Shown one piece after another: positions 21,629 through 31,902 of a stretch of DNA of 64,000 bases (position 1 is its first letter; each line of letters begins with the position of its first letter). The position numbers and the translations under genes are program-made. The stretch comes from Candidatus Magasanikiibacteriota bacterium (GTDB lineage Bacteria; Patescibacteriota; Patescibacteriia; Magasanikbacterales; UBA922), in contig JABIBU010000022.1 of assembly GCA_018652595.1 (NCBI GenBank), positions 50,346 through 114,345 on the forward strand. The letters are read 5' to 3'. The notes beneath the pieces were generated by a model that worked only from the letters and a program-made list of their open reading frames with translations, was not told the DNA's origin and did not search any database.

Positions 21629-21795
21629 CCCTACCCTGAACTGACTGAATGATAATGAAGTCTAGTTCAGGGTGACAACCAAATGTTATAACATGATACT
21701 TATAACTCATAGTACACCCATTATATAGAAATTTGATAAAAAATCAAGCCTTACACCCAAAAAAGAAGAAACGCAGGCCTGTTGGGCTCGCGCTT

Positions 21796-22206
21796 CTAAC
21801 TCCTCGAAAACAGACTCACCACCTTTGCGGGTGGCTGGTCCGTCTTCCCGTTGTTTGTTGTAGAGGGTCCGCACCCCCGAAGGAACGACACACTGGTTAA
21901 ATCCTCGCCCTTTTTATACCACTCTTCCACGGTAAAGACGAGGGCAAAATCCCCAACATGATCTGGGAAACGACTTCGTGGAGTGGTTATATCTAGATAT
22001 ACCAACTCCAAGAGAGTCACTTTTTGCCCCAGATAAACAAAGGAGGGGTCTTGTCTTATTGCTGACTCGACCCACTTTTTCACATCTGCTTCACTGGGAA
22101 CATGACCATCTCCTGCCTCAAACAGGAGTTGCAACAGAGGACCATCCCGATCCTCACATGTTTTTTGATACCCCCAACTTTGGAGGTGTTCCAAGATTGC
22201 GCTCAT
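21796..22206 (-). CDS. hypothetical protein (GC-richer orphan)
   Basis: AGGAGGT SD; TTGACA-17-TATATT promoter; hairpin plus T-tract downstream. Confidence 0.7.
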   Translation of the reverse strand: MSAILEHLQSWGYQKTCEDRDGPLLQLLFEAGDGHVPSEADVKKWVESAIRQDPSFVYLGQKVTLLELVYLDITTPRSRFPDHVGDFALVFTVEEWYKKGEDLTSVSFLRGCGPSTTNNGKTDQPPAKVVSLFSRS

Positions 22207-22341
22207 AGCACACCTCCTTGATTTTGGGGAACATTATAATATAGCGCACTTTCTTGGCTTTGTCAAGCCAAAAACTTGACAAAACTGTGGAAAAGTGCTA
22301 TACTATAGCATAGATAACCCTTTATTTTTACCCAGAATCAT

Positions 22342-23169
22342 ATGAATAGAGAGAATACAGCTCACCAAACAGAACCGCAGTCAACCCCCGAGGCAAAACC
22401 TACACACGATCTTAGTGGTGTTTTGGTAGAAAAAATGCATAAAAAGAAAGAAAAAATAGGCAAAACAGAAAGAAAGAGACTTGAGAGAGAGAAAAAAGCA
22501 AAAGAAAAAGCTGCAAAAGAAGCAGCCAGAAAAGCCCAGAGTGAAGCATCAAAAGGAGTAGCACGTGCCAAGGAAGAAATAAGAGTAATACCAACCACGA
22601 CAAGAGACAAAAAAGAAGGTGATTTATTTAGTGATTTTTCAAGTGAAATTCCTGTGACCACCCATCATGAAATTAAGGAAGATGAAGAGGGAGTTTTGGA
22701 CATAGGAGATGCTTATCGTAGGCCTGCAACAAAAAGAGAAATGCGGGAGGCTTATAGTAAATTACCTCCAACTGAAGAAGAGCAGCGACACATTGACGAA
22801 GGCACTGCCTCTTATGAAGAAGAAACACCTTTCAAAAAAGAAAAATTTAAATCAACAACACCTGTGGACGAAATCTCAAGTCCCGATTGGCAAGTTGAAG
22901 AAGGCTCAACACTAAAACAAAAGGATACGCTTGAAGAACCTTTTAAAGAGGGTGTAATAAGCAAAGGAATATCTTCAATAAAAGGTAAGTATGACTCCAG
23001 TGCTGAAGCAAAAATGAAAAAAAGAATTGACTCAACCCTAGAGCACAAAGGAGAGAAAATGATGAAAGAATCAGAAACCGCTGAAGAGCCAAAACCTGGT
23101 TTATTCGCCAGAATAGGGAATAGATGGAACAAATGGCGTGGTAAAAAAATGCTGAACAAAACAAAATAA
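22342..23169 (+). CDS. hypothetical charged low-complexity protein
   Basis: 275 aa K/E-rich ORF with TTGACA-17-TATACT promoter and a terminator. Confidence 0.7.
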   Translation: MNRENTAHQTEPQSTPEAKPTHDLSGVLVEKMHKKKEKIGKTERKRLEREKKAKEKAAKEAARKAQSEASKGVARAKEEIRVIPTTTRDKKEGDLFSDFSSEIPVTTHHEIKEDEEGVLDIGDAYRRPATKREMREAYSKLPPTEEEQRHIDEGTASYEEETPFKKEKFKSTTPVDEISSPDWQVEEGSTLKQKDTLEEPFKEGVISKGISSIKGKYDSSAEAKMKKRIDSTLEHKGEKMMKESETAEEPKPGLFARIGNRWNKWRGKKMLNKTK

Positions 23170-23180
23170 TTTTAAACAAA

Positions 23181-23211
23181 AAAACACCCTTCGAAAATCG
23201 AAGGGTGTTTT
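23181..23211. terminator. bidirectional terminator
   Basis: AAAACACCCTTCGA-AAA-TCGAAGGGTGTTTT. Confidence 0.8.
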
Positions 23212-23248
23212 TATTTTATATCTCACCAAGAAAATATAACAATATAAT

Positions 23249-25042
23249 CTATTTCCTCTCCTTCATCTCGCCCAAAACTCTTTCAACAAACTTATCCTTA
23301 CTCATGCTTTCCTGATCTTCTTGTCCACGAACACGAATCATCCAATCTTCGCCGTCTAATTCCTTATCGCCTACTACGACTATATAAGGAATTTTTTGTT
23401 TAGAGGCTTTTCTGATTTTATTGCCAACTGTTTCATCAGCGCTGTCAAATCCGACTCTAATGCCCGCATCAAATAATTCTTGTTTTATTTTCTTGGCACC
23501 CTCTACATGCTTTTCTGAGACAGGAACTAGATGAACTTGGACTGGTGCGAGCCAAGTTGGGAATGCTCCAGCATAGTGTTCAATCAGAAATCCGATTAGG
23601 CGCTCGTGAGTAGAAAGCGGTGCACGATGAATACAAATTGGGGTCTTTTCTTCGCCACCCTTATCAATATAAGTGAGATTAAATCTCTCTGGCACAGCAA
23701 AGTCCAATTGATTTGTTGATAAGGTAAACTGACGACCAATCACTGACCAAATCTCTACGTCAATCTTTGGCCCATAAAACGCAGCCTCATCTTCTACTTC
23801 TGTATAAGGCATGTCAGCTTTATTAAGTGCATTTCTTACTTGTTCTTCAGTCTTGATCCATAGAGCTTCATTGTCTACATATTTTTTACCAAGACCTTCT
23901 TTGCCATGCTTGGATAATCTCATCTGATATTTTTCAATTCCAAATAGATCGAAATAGTATTTGTACATTTCGAGTACTTTGATAAATTCCTCTTCAAACT
24001 GCTCTTCTGTACAATAAATATGGGCATCATTCATATTTAGAGACCTCACACGCATTAGGCCAAATAAGGCGCCGGAATCTTCAAAACGATAGCAATGACC
24101 ATATTCAGCCAAACGAACCGGCATTTCGCGATAACTGCGCTTGTGAGTGCCAAAAATCTTATGATGGTGCGGGCAATTCATGGCCTTTAGGTAATAAGTC
24201 TCATTATCCAGCTTCATTGGTGGAAACATACTACCCTTATAATATGGCAAATGACCTGAGCGAAGATATAGTTCTTCTTTTGCTATATGTGGAGTCTGTA
24301 CAATACTATATTCATATTTGCGCTCTAGTTCTTTGGCAAGTTTTTCAATTTCTTCAATAAGTACTGTGCCATTGGGATGCCAGAGAGGAAGACCTGGACC
24401 CACTTCATCATCAAAACTATAAATATCGAGGTCTTTGCCAAGCTTTCTGTGATCACGCTTCTCAGCCTCTTTCATCATCTCTTGATATTCTTTTAATTTT
24501 TCTTTGCTCTCAAAACAAACTCCATAGATTCTTTGCAGTTGCGGATTATTTTCATCCCCACGCCAATAAGCTCCTGCCAATTTTGTAAGCTTGAAAGCGC
24601 CAATTTCTTTGCTAGATTCCAAATGCGGACCACGGCAAAGGTCTACAAAATCTCCTGTCTTATATAGACTTACCTTTTCTATATCTGAACCAAGATCTTG
24701 CATTTCTTCTTCTGATAATTTGGTAGTTCCTTTTTCTTTCAAATCTTTTAGTAATAGTACTTTATAATCCTGACACTGCTTATCAAAAAATTTGATAGCC
24801 TCATCAATATCCATTTCTTGTCTTTCAAATCCTAAACCTTTTTTTGCCATCTTTCTGGCTTCCTTTTCAATTTTCTTTAAATCTTCGTCTGAGATATTTT
24901 CAGGAAAACCTATATCATAATAAAAACCATTTTCGACTACTGGCCCCACACCAAACTTGGCACCAGGAAATAATTTTTCTGCGGCCGCTGCTACGAGATG
25001 CGCGCATGAATGACGCATTACTTCCAATTCCTTATTTTCCAT
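23249..25042 (-). CDS. thrS: threonine--tRNA ligase
   Basis: RHSCAHL, DLCRGPH, RDHRKLG, MNCPHH, GPKID, IHRA; start MENKELE. Confidence 0.98.
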   Translation of the reverse strand: MENKELEVMRHSCAHLVAAAAEKLFPGAKFGVGPVVENGFYYDIGFPENISDEDLKKIEKEARKMAKKGLGFERQEMDIDEAIKFFDKQCQDYKVLLLKDLKEKGTTKLSEEEMQDLGSDIEKVSLYKTGDFVDLCRGPHLESSKEIGAFKLTKLAGAYWRGDENNPQLQRIYGVCFESKEKLKEYQEMMKEAEKRDHRKLGKDLDIYSFDDEVGPGLPLWHPNGTVLIEEIEKLAKELERKYEYSIVQTPHIAKEELYLRSGHLPYYKGSMFPPMKLDNETYYLKAMNCPHHHKIFGTHKRSYREMPVRLAEYGHCYRFEDSGALFGLMRVRSLNMNDAHIYCTEEQFEEEFIKVLEMYKYYFDLFGIEKYQMRLSKHGKEGLGKKYVDNEALWIKTEEQVRNALNKADMPYTEVEDEAAFYGPKIDVEIWSVIGRQFTLSTNQLDFAVPERFNLTYIDKGGEEKTPICIHRAPLSTHERLIGFLIEHYAGAFPTWLAPVQVHLVPVSEKHVEGAKKIKQELFDAGIRVGFDSADETVGNKIRKASKQKIPYIVVVGDKELDGEDWMIRVRGQEDQESMSKDKFVERVLGEMKERK

Positions 25043-25058
25043 AAAATTATAGTTAGAT

Positions 25059-25595
25059 TTATTTTTTATATTCATCTTTTAATATACTCATAATTCCATA
25101 ACTTATCTTTCTTTTCAATAATTTATTATATCCATAATTCCTTACTACTCCTTCCAGCTTAAAACCTGCTTTTTTGTAAGCTTTTAATGCTTTTTTATTA
25201 CCCATTTCCACGTTCAATTCAAACCTCTCGCCTTTTAATTTTTTAAAGAAATAATCAGCACACAAATTAATAATCTCTACGGCGTAACCCTTGCCCCAAT
25301 GGTCTTTTTCACCAATTATAATTCCCCAAGCCGCCACTTTGTTTTTCTTGTCTAATTTTAAACCAGTACCACCAATATGTTTTCCGCCTATCTCAATAGC
25401 CCAATTTACACTATCTTTATTTCTTTGCATTTTACGAATCGCCGTTTTTTCTTTTTCTAAGCTTATTTGCCAAACATCTTGGTTAAAATATTTCATTACT
25501 TCTTTATCACTAAACCAGCGCACATAATTCTCTGCGTCTTTTACCTTTAGCGGTCTCAAAATGACTCTAGGGCCTTTTAGTGCTGGTATTTTCAT
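25059..25595 (-). CDS. GNAT (RimJ/RimL-type) N-acetyltransferase
   Basis: VILRPL, GIIIGEKDHWGKGYA, N..ALKAYKKAGFKLEG. Confidence 0.88.
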   Translation of the reverse strand: MKIPALKGPRVILRPLKVKDAENYVRWFSDKEVMKYFNQDVWQISLEKEKTAIRKMQRNKDSVNWAIEIGGKHIGGTGLKLDKKNKVAAWGIIIGEKDHWGKGYAVEIINLCADYFFKKLKGERFELNVEMGNKKALKAYKKAGFKLEGVVRNYGYNKLLKRKISYGIMSILKDEYKK

Positions 25596-25609
25596 AAAGA
25601 TTAATTAAA

Positions 25610-25775
25610 CAAAAACCCCGATGCATAACTTCAACCAAAAGATTAAAATTACACACCGGGGTCCTGATTTTTCAAGACGGTTCCACCCGTTGTTTTACTC
25701 ATTAAATTGTCTCCAGCTTAGCCTTAATAGGACCCTTTGGGTAGGTACTTGGTAGGCACCTCAATCGCTAGTAGT
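25610..25775 (-). promoter_or_regulatory. T-box riboswitch (Thr) with antiterminator and terminator
   Basis: Minus strand GGG-TGGAACC-GTCTTGA-AAAA-TCAGGAC-CCC antiterminator; overlapping long terminator ending CGGGGTTTTTG; ACC codons in a short stem I; TTGACA-17-TATAGT promoter. Confidence 0.8.
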
Positions 25776-25832
25776 AATACTATATAATATATCTAAAAAT
25801 CTGTCAACATCACTAAATTAATAATTACTCAG

Positions 25833-26969
25833 TTACTCTACTTTCTTCACCACCACATTCACATGCTCGGCCACATGAGGCACACTTAGCATCCAGGCAG
25901 GATTAAACTTGATCTCTACACCCTGCACATGATCTAGTGAAAGCAAATAACGGCGAACTTCATCCTTTGTCTTTCCAAAGAAAAGCATTTTTTGTAATTG
26001 TTTGCTTTCTGGATCCAGCTCTACTAAGCCAGCATAAAATATATTCAAGACTGCCATTTTGTTATCCAGATCATAATCTCCCAAAGTAACTGTGGGCTCT
26101 GAATCACAAGGAGATACTTTTTCAATATCGCCCACGACTCGTTTTTCTAAACCTTTTTTGGCAATGCTTAACACCTCGTCTTTGTCATAAAAAACTCCGA
26201 CCACAGTAGCGCTTCCGCTCAGATCAAACTCTTCTATTTCTTCATCTGTGCCTACATCAGTCTTCACCTCATGTTGCACCACAGAAAAGACACCCTCTAG
26301 CCCAGGATTTATTTCCAAAAGATCTTCTATACCCTTATTTTTCAATTCCTCTACCAATTCTTCTTCTGCTTTTTTCAAATCTGCACTAGTTAGCACTCCA
26401 TAGGTTCTCACTCCACCTTTCATAGACTGCTCACTAGTTGCATAGATAAACTCCTGTGTGTCTTCACGCAAACCTGGAATAGTAAACTTGGTAGGACCTA
26501 TTTCACTCTTCTTACCTTCTTCATCAGCATAGACTTCTGCATCTATCGCACCTTGGGCCGGCACAGTTACCCTACTTTTTAGTCTAAATAAAATTCCATC
26601 TGGACTAAGCAGTCTGGTAGTTGCCACCAAGGGTTGGGCAAAATCTTTTTCATTATGCAGTGTGACAAATCCAATGGCGACAGAGACCTCTTCTTTGGTA
26701 GACTCTGGTTTGAAGGTCTTTTGTAGACTAACCTCTGTGGTGACTATCTGCCCATTACCACCCTCATCTTTATTATTAATCTCCAAAGTAGAATTAACCT
26801 CAACCGGATCTGGCTTGGTGATTACAGTGATTGTCGCCCGCTTGGATGACATGAATACAATAACTGCCAATAGTGCGATTGTCAAAAACAAAAATGACAA
26901 AGCTACAATTTTGTAAAATCTAACTGATTGGCCCCCATCCAAATTGGTCTCTTTTCTTCTTGGAGTCAT
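25833..26969 (-). CDS. membrane-anchored protein with baseplate-J-like domain (common CPR family)
   Basis: Single N-terminal TM; PLVATTRLLSPDGILFRL...VPA...FTIPGL...GG pattern. Confidence 0.65.
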   Translation of the reverse strand: MTPRRKETNLDGGQSVRFYKIVALSFLFLTIALLAVIVFMSSKRATITVITKPDPVEVNSTLEINNKDEGGNGQIVTTEVSLQKTFKPESTKEEVSVAIGFVTLHNEKDFAQPLVATTRLLSPDGILFRLKSRVTVPAQGAIDAEVYADEEGKKSEIGPTKFTIPGLREDTQEFIYATSEQSMKGGVRTYGVLTSADLKKAEEELVEELKNKGIEDLLEINPGLEGVFSVVQHEVKTDVGTDEEIEEFDLSGSATVVGVFYDKDEVLSIAKKGLEKRVVGDIEKVSPCDSEPTVTLGDYDLDNKMAVLNIFYAGLVELDPESKQLQKMLFFGKTKDEVRRYLLSLDHVQGVEIKFNPAWMLSVPHVAEHVNVVVKKVE

Positions 26970-27000
26970 AAAAATAAAGTTTATTGGTTTAATTGTTTAT

Positions 27001-28764
27001 TTAATCAATAACACGGAATACTTCGTCTAAAGAAGTCAGACCTTCTAGTGCTTTTATAATTCCATCTTGAACCATTGTCACCATGCCTGCATTAATTGCA
27101 GCTTGCTCAATATCGTGTTCTGCTACATTACCTGCAAGCACCATCTGCTCTATATCTGTATTCATAAGTAAGATTTCATAAATACCAATTCGCCCTTTGT
27201 AACCAATTCCACCACAGGCGTCACAACCACCACCCTTATAAAAAACTAATTCTTTTTTGGTAGTCTCTGCTTTTGCTTTTTCTGGCATAGTAGCAATAAA
27301 TTTTTCTACTTCTGCTTTTTGTTTATCGTCCAACTCAATCTTTTCTTTACATTTTTCACAGACACGGCGCACCAAACGCTGGCCGATAATAGCATTCAGA
27401 GCCGGAGCTAACAAAAATGGCTTCACCCCCATAGATACAAAACGCGGTATTGCCCCAGCTGCGCTATTTGTATGAACAGTAGAAAACATAAGGTGACCAG
27501 TGAGGGCTGCCTGGACAGAGGTGTCAGCAGTATCAAGATCACGAATTTCTCCGACCATTACAATATCTGGATCTTGACGCAATATTGAACGCAGACCCTT
27601 GGCAAATGTAAATCCTTTGTCAGTATCTATCTGACTCTGGTTAATTCCTTCCATTTTATACTCGACCGGATCTTCTAGAGTAATAATCTTTACGCCCGGT
27701 TTATTTAATGTTTCTAAAACCGCATAAAGTGTTGTAGTCTTACCAGAACCAGTCGGGCCAGTAGTCACTATCATGCCATTTGGTCGTGTAATCTCTCGTC
27801 TCAATTTTTCTTCGGTATCTCCATATAAACCAAGACTGGACAACTCTAATCCCTTTCGCGACTGATCCAAAAGACGCATCACAATGCTCTCACCATAAAC
27901 AGTCGGGATAGTAGAAACACGCACATCCACATCCCCTTTTTCTAGTTTTATTGTAAAACGACCGTCTTGTGGTTTGTTGGTAATGTTAATTTTTAAAGAT
28001 GAAAACAACTTAACTCTAGAAACCAACTTTTTGTAAACTTCTTTTTTCAAAGTTGCAGCATCATGCAAAATACCATCCAAACGAACCCTAACAACGATCT
28101 CTTCTTCCTCGGCCTCAACATGGAGATCAGACGCCTCCAATTTTAATGCCGCACCCAAAAGAAGTACAACTAAATCGGTCGTGGACTGCTTATCAAGTAT
28201 TTTTTGAAAGGAGGAAAAATCTTTAACATCAGCTTGTACTTTTTTTAAATCTTCTTCTTTTATCTCCACATCCTTGCTAATTGCCTTTATTATCGGCAGG
28301 TTGGCATAAAGCTTCAAAGTCCTATCCAAACTATTTTTGGATATTACATAGAGGGCCCCGCTAGCATGTTTTTTTTCTTCAACCTGATGAAATAGTTCTC
28401 TCACCTCTTCGTTGTCTGGCTGGGTACTACCCAATCTAAACTCGTCTGGGGTAGAAAAAAAACAAATTGTACCAAGACGTTTCGCATCATCAAATGAGAC
28501 CTGCTTCAAAGCTTCTTGTCCGATTGGAAACTTTTCTAAATCAATATGAGGAAGTCCCAATGAAGCTGCAAAACCGGCCGCCTCTCTCTCGCGTTCCTTT
28601 ATGGCTACTTGTCCCATTTTCTTTTTGAACTTTTTTTCTATTTCTGGAGAAGAAATATGCAAATCAACGTGATCTTTTGTTTCTTCTGGAGTATCCAAAG
28701 CCTGCCCATCGTCATTCGCTGGCTTCTCTTTTAGCAAATCATCAATTGTTGACAAATCAGACAT
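27001..28764 (-). CDS. pilB: type IV pilus/T2SS assembly ATPase (PilB/GspE)
   Basis: ASDLHVE, PQDGR, GPTGSGKTTTLY, LRQDPD, TGHL, Zn-binding CxxC..CxxC. Confidence 0.92.
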   Translation of the reverse strand: MSDLSTIDDLLKEKPANDDGQALDTPEETKDHVDLHISSPEIEKKFKKKMGQVAIKEREREAAGFAASLGLPHIDLEKFPIGQEALKQVSFDDAKRLGTICFFSTPDEFRLGSTQPDNEEVRELFHQVEEKKHASGALYVISKNSLDRTLKLYANLPIIKAISKDVEIKEEDLKKVQADVKDFSSFQKILDKQSTTDLVVLLLGAALKLEASDLHVEAEEEEIVVRVRLDGILHDAATLKKEVYKKLVSRVKLFSSLKINITNKPQDGRFTIKLEKGDVDVRVSTIPTVYGESIVMRLLDQSRKGLELSSLGLYGDTEEKLRREITRPNGMIVTTGPTGSGKTTTLYAVLETLNKPGVKIITLEDPVEYKMEGINQSQIDTDKGFTFAKGLRSILRQDPDIVMVGEIRDLDTADTSVQAALTGHLMFSTVHTNSAAGAIPRFVSMGVKPFLLAPALNAIIGQRLVRRVCEKCKEKIELDDKQKAEVEKFIATMPEKAKAETTKKELVFYKGGGCDACGGIGYKGRIGIYEILLMNTDIEQMVLAGNVAEHDIEQAAINAGMVTMVQDGIIKALEGLTSLDEVFRVID

Positions 28765-28767
28765 GTT

Positions 28768-29742
28768 TTATTTTCCAAAGTAATGCATTACCCTACTCTT
28801 TACTCCTGTCTTATGCATTTTCATAAATAAATAGGTCCAAGTAGAAATTATAAAGACAGAAAAAACACTAGCTACAAGCATAATAAACAAGGCGTTTAGT
28901 CCTACCCCCACCATAAGTCCGACAAACCACAACGAAAGACTCCCAGTAACATTAACTATTGCCCAACTAATTAGTGTAGGTAAAAAGAGAATCATCATAC
29001 CAAACAACACTGCTAGAGCCAATACCAAATTCATCAACAGAGTAATCAAACCAACTTCAAATGAGACTAACCAGTGACCAGTAAACAATTTCCAAGCAGC
29101 TGCCCAAGCCTCTCCAAAACTATATTCCTCTACCACCACATAGCCCGCTGCATAAATAGCCAAAAATGAAATTACCATACCCACAAAAGCGGCTATGACA
29201 AATACTAATAAAAATAATAATGACAAACCAACACCGTTACTAAACATCAGCTTCCAAGCTACATATCCTACTGGCAAAGCCATCAAACAGTAGGCTACTT
29301 TTTTTATTAAATTTATAAAAAACATTCTCCAAAAGTGCTCCACACCCACATGCCACTCTTCTCCAGCATTTGGAAGTTTTTTGTGCTTTACAGACACGGC
29401 TGCAGCTTTTATTAGTGCGCCCTGAGAAACAACTGACACAAAGATAAGAAGCAAACCAAAACCAACTAAAACAACCATAAGACTAACAAACCAAAGCCAG
29501 CCATCCAAAGGCAGCTTCATTTGGGCTGTTCCAGATAATAGTTCTTTACCAAAAGTAAACCAACTAGACCAAACAAGGTGAATTGGTCTACCAGAAGCTG
29601 ACATTCCTACCTTACTTAATAATTCCAAAATTCCCATCTGCCCCAAAAAGACAGAAAATAAACCAAAGACCCAGAGTATTTTATGTTCTTTGGCAAATTG
29701 CCAACTGTGAGATAAAGCCTCACGATAGAGTGGAGTTTTCAT
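28768..29742 (-). CDS. multi-pass membrane protein
   Basis: Six or more hydrophobic segments. Confidence 0.8.
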   Translation of the reverse strand: MKTPLYREALSHSWQFAKEHKILWVFGLFSVFLGQMGILELLSKVGMSASGRPIHLVWSSWFTFGKELLSGTAQMKLPLDGWLWFVSLMVVLVGFGLLLIFVSVVSQGALIKAAAVSVKHKKLPNAGEEWHVGVEHFWRMFFINLIKKVAYCLMALPVGYVAWKLMFSNGVGLSLLFLLVFVIAAFVGMVISFLAIYAAGYVVVEEYSFGEAWAAAWKLFTGHWLVSFEVGLITLLMNLVLALAVLFGMMILFLPTLISWAIVNVTGSLSLWFVGLMVGVGLNALFIMLVASVFSVFIISTWTYLFMKMHKTGVKSRVMHYFGK

Positions 29743-29835
29743 ACTAAAAAATTACAAACCTATCTGCTGACAGGCAAGATTAATTATAAAATTATTGTAA
29801 GTATATTATATCACATTTTTTGATAAAATAAAAAA

Positions 29836-29861
29836 AGAGACACAAAATTTTGTGTCTCTAC
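29836..29861. repeat. GTAG-type REP-like palindrome / terminator after ftsH
   Basis: AGAGACACAAAA-TTTTGTGTCTCTAC. Confidence 0.65.
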
Positions 29862-29880
29862 GATATAATCTTGATTTTCT

Positions 29881-31746
29881 TTATTTTTCAGCCTCTACTT
29901 TATCCGGCATAGCTTCAGCGGAGCCGGACATAATCTTACTAAACACATCTTGTTCCACAGTTTCTTTTTCCAACAAAACTTTTACTAGATCATCCATTTT
30001 ATTCTTATTTGTCTTTATTACTTCCTTCGCAGTTACCAAAGCATTGTTTAGCAATTCATTAATCTCTTCGTCAATCATCTCAGCTGTTTTTTCACTGTAA
30101 TTTTTCTTTTCATGAATATCTTGGGCCAAGAAAATAAGTCCTTCATTGTCAGCATACATGCGAGGTCCGAGCTTGTCACTCATACCATAATGCATTACCA
30201 TTTTCTTTGCCATCTGAGTTGCCTTCTTTAGATCGCTTGATGGCCCGGTAGAAAGTTGGTCATCTCCATAAACAATTTTCTCAGTCATATATCCACCCAA
30301 TATCATAGCAAGATCATCTTTGAACTTGGCAATGGTAGAATAACGAATTTCTTTTTCCGGCATTGATAAGGTATAGCCACCAGCCATACCACGACCAATG
30401 ATTGAAACTTTTCTTACTGAATCACAGTTCTTTAAAAAGTGCCCAACAACAGCATGCCCAGCTTCATGATAAGCAGTCATCTCACGCTCTTGATCGCTCA
30501 TAACACGTGATTTTTTCTCCGGCCCAAGCATTACCTTTTCAATACTATCTAATACTTCTTCTTCATCGATCTTTTTCTTACCAAGACGAACTGCCATAAT
30601 GGCTGCCTCATTCAAAAGATTGGCAAGATCAGCACCAGAAAATCCTGGCGTACGCTCGGCCACCTTACGCAAAGAAACTCCTTTGGTAAGTGGTTTGCCC
30701 TTGGCGTGAACTTTCAAAATTTGTTCTCTATCTTCTATATCTGGCATATCTATAACAACACGGCGATCAAAACGACCAGGCCGAAGCAGGGCAGGATCTA
30801 ATACATCAGGACGATTGGTTGCGGCGACTACTATCACACCCAGATTTGGATCAAAGCCATCCATCTCAACCAGAATTTGATTTAAAGTTTGTTCTCTTTC
30901 ATCATGAGAACCACCAAGGCCGGCACCACGCTTGCGAGCGACAGCATCAATCTCATCTATAAAGATAATAGACGGAGCAGCTTTTTTGGCTTTATCAAAT
31001 AAGTCACGAACACGCGAAGCCCCAACACCAACGAACATTTCTACAAACTCAGATCCTGAAATATGGAAAAACGGTACGTCAGCTTCACCAGCTACTGCTT
31101 TGGCAAGTAAAGTTTTACCAGTACCAGGCGAGCCCATTAGGAGCAACCCCTTAGGGATTTTGGCACCCATCTCTGTAAACTTTTTTGGGTTTTTTAAGAA
31201 ATCTACTACTTCATTCAGTTCTTCCTTAGCTTCTTTGGCGCCGGCAACATCCTTGAATGTCTTTTTACTTTTATCATCTGGTTTATTTTGTTTGGCCTTA
31301 GATTGCCCGAAGCCCATAGCCTTATTATTCATGCCTTGCATCTGGCGAGACATAAACCAAATAATACCGATAATAAGAAGAATCGGCAACATGGCTGGCA
31401 AAATCAAAGTCATCCAGTATGTAAATCCAGACTCTTCTTTTACTAATAAATTTACCTTCTGCAATTTTTCTGACTCAACACCATAATCACTCATCAATTC
31501 TGCAAACGATTGGCCTGGTTCCTTTTTTACTTCTAATACTTTTTCTTCTTCACCTTTCAGAGTAGCTAACAAAAAGTCACCACGAACTTCTACTTCTATT
31601 ACTCGCTCTTCATTAATGTTTTGGATTAGTCTATTAACGCCAACCTTTTCTGGTTCTACATCGCCAGAATAAGTAAAACTAAGAATTGCTGCAAAAGTCA
31701 GCAGAACGATAAAAATTATACTAAAGTTTTTTATCAAATTTTTCAT
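29881..31746 (-). CDS. ftsH: ATP-dependent zinc metalloprotease FtsH
   Basis: Two TM segments, [26 protein letters not shown]. Confidence 0.98.
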   Translation of the reverse strand: MKNLIKNFSIIFIVLLTFAAILSFTYSGDVEPEKVGVNRLIQNINEERVIEVEVRGDFLLATLKGEEEKVLEVKKEPGQSFAELMSDYGVESEKLQKVNLLVKEESGFTYWMTLILPAMLPILLIIGIIWFMSRQMQGMNNKAMGFGQSKAKQNKPDDKSKKTFKDVAGAKEAKEELNEVVDFLKNPKKFTEMGAKIPKGLLLMGSPGTGKTLLAKAVAGEADVPFFHISGSEFVEMFVGVGASRVRDLFDKAKKAAPSIIFIDEIDAVARKRGAGLGGSHDEREQTLNQILVEMDGFDPNLGVIVVAATNRPDVLDPALLRPGRFDRRVVIDMPDIEDREQILKVHAKGKPLTKGVSLRKVAERTPGFSGADLANLLNEAAIMAVRLGKKKIDEEEVLDSIEKVMLGPEKKSRVMSDQEREMTAYHEAGHAVVGHFLKNCDSVRKVSIIGRGMAGGYTLSMPEKEIRYSTIAKFKDDLAMILGGYMTEKIVYGDDQLSTGPSSDLKKATQMAKKMVMHYGMSDKLGPRMYADNEGLIFLAQDIHEKKNYSEKTAEMIDEEINELLNNALVTAKEVIKTNKNKMDDLVKVLLEKETVEQDVFSKIMSGSAEAMPDKVEAEK

Positions 31747-31856
31747 AGATTAGATTTTTGCCTGCTCACAAGTGAGAAAGGCTATTTCTTAATAAATTAG
31801 TCCCTTAATTATAGCGGAATTGTGGGAAAAGTCAAGCTGTGCACCATATTAACAAA

Positions 31857-31882
31857 AGAGACGCGAATTATTCGCGTCTCTA
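31857..31882. repeat. GTAG-type REP-like palindrome / terminator after rpsA
   Basis: AGAGACGCGAAT-T-ATTCGCGTCTCTA. Confidence 0.65.
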
Positions 31883-31902
31883 GTCAATTACCTGAAATCT
31901 GG

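Noticed and set aside
25833-26969. Prophage or tailocin suggested by the baseplate-J-like domain
   Set aside because: It is an isolated TM-anchored gene with no other phage genes nearby
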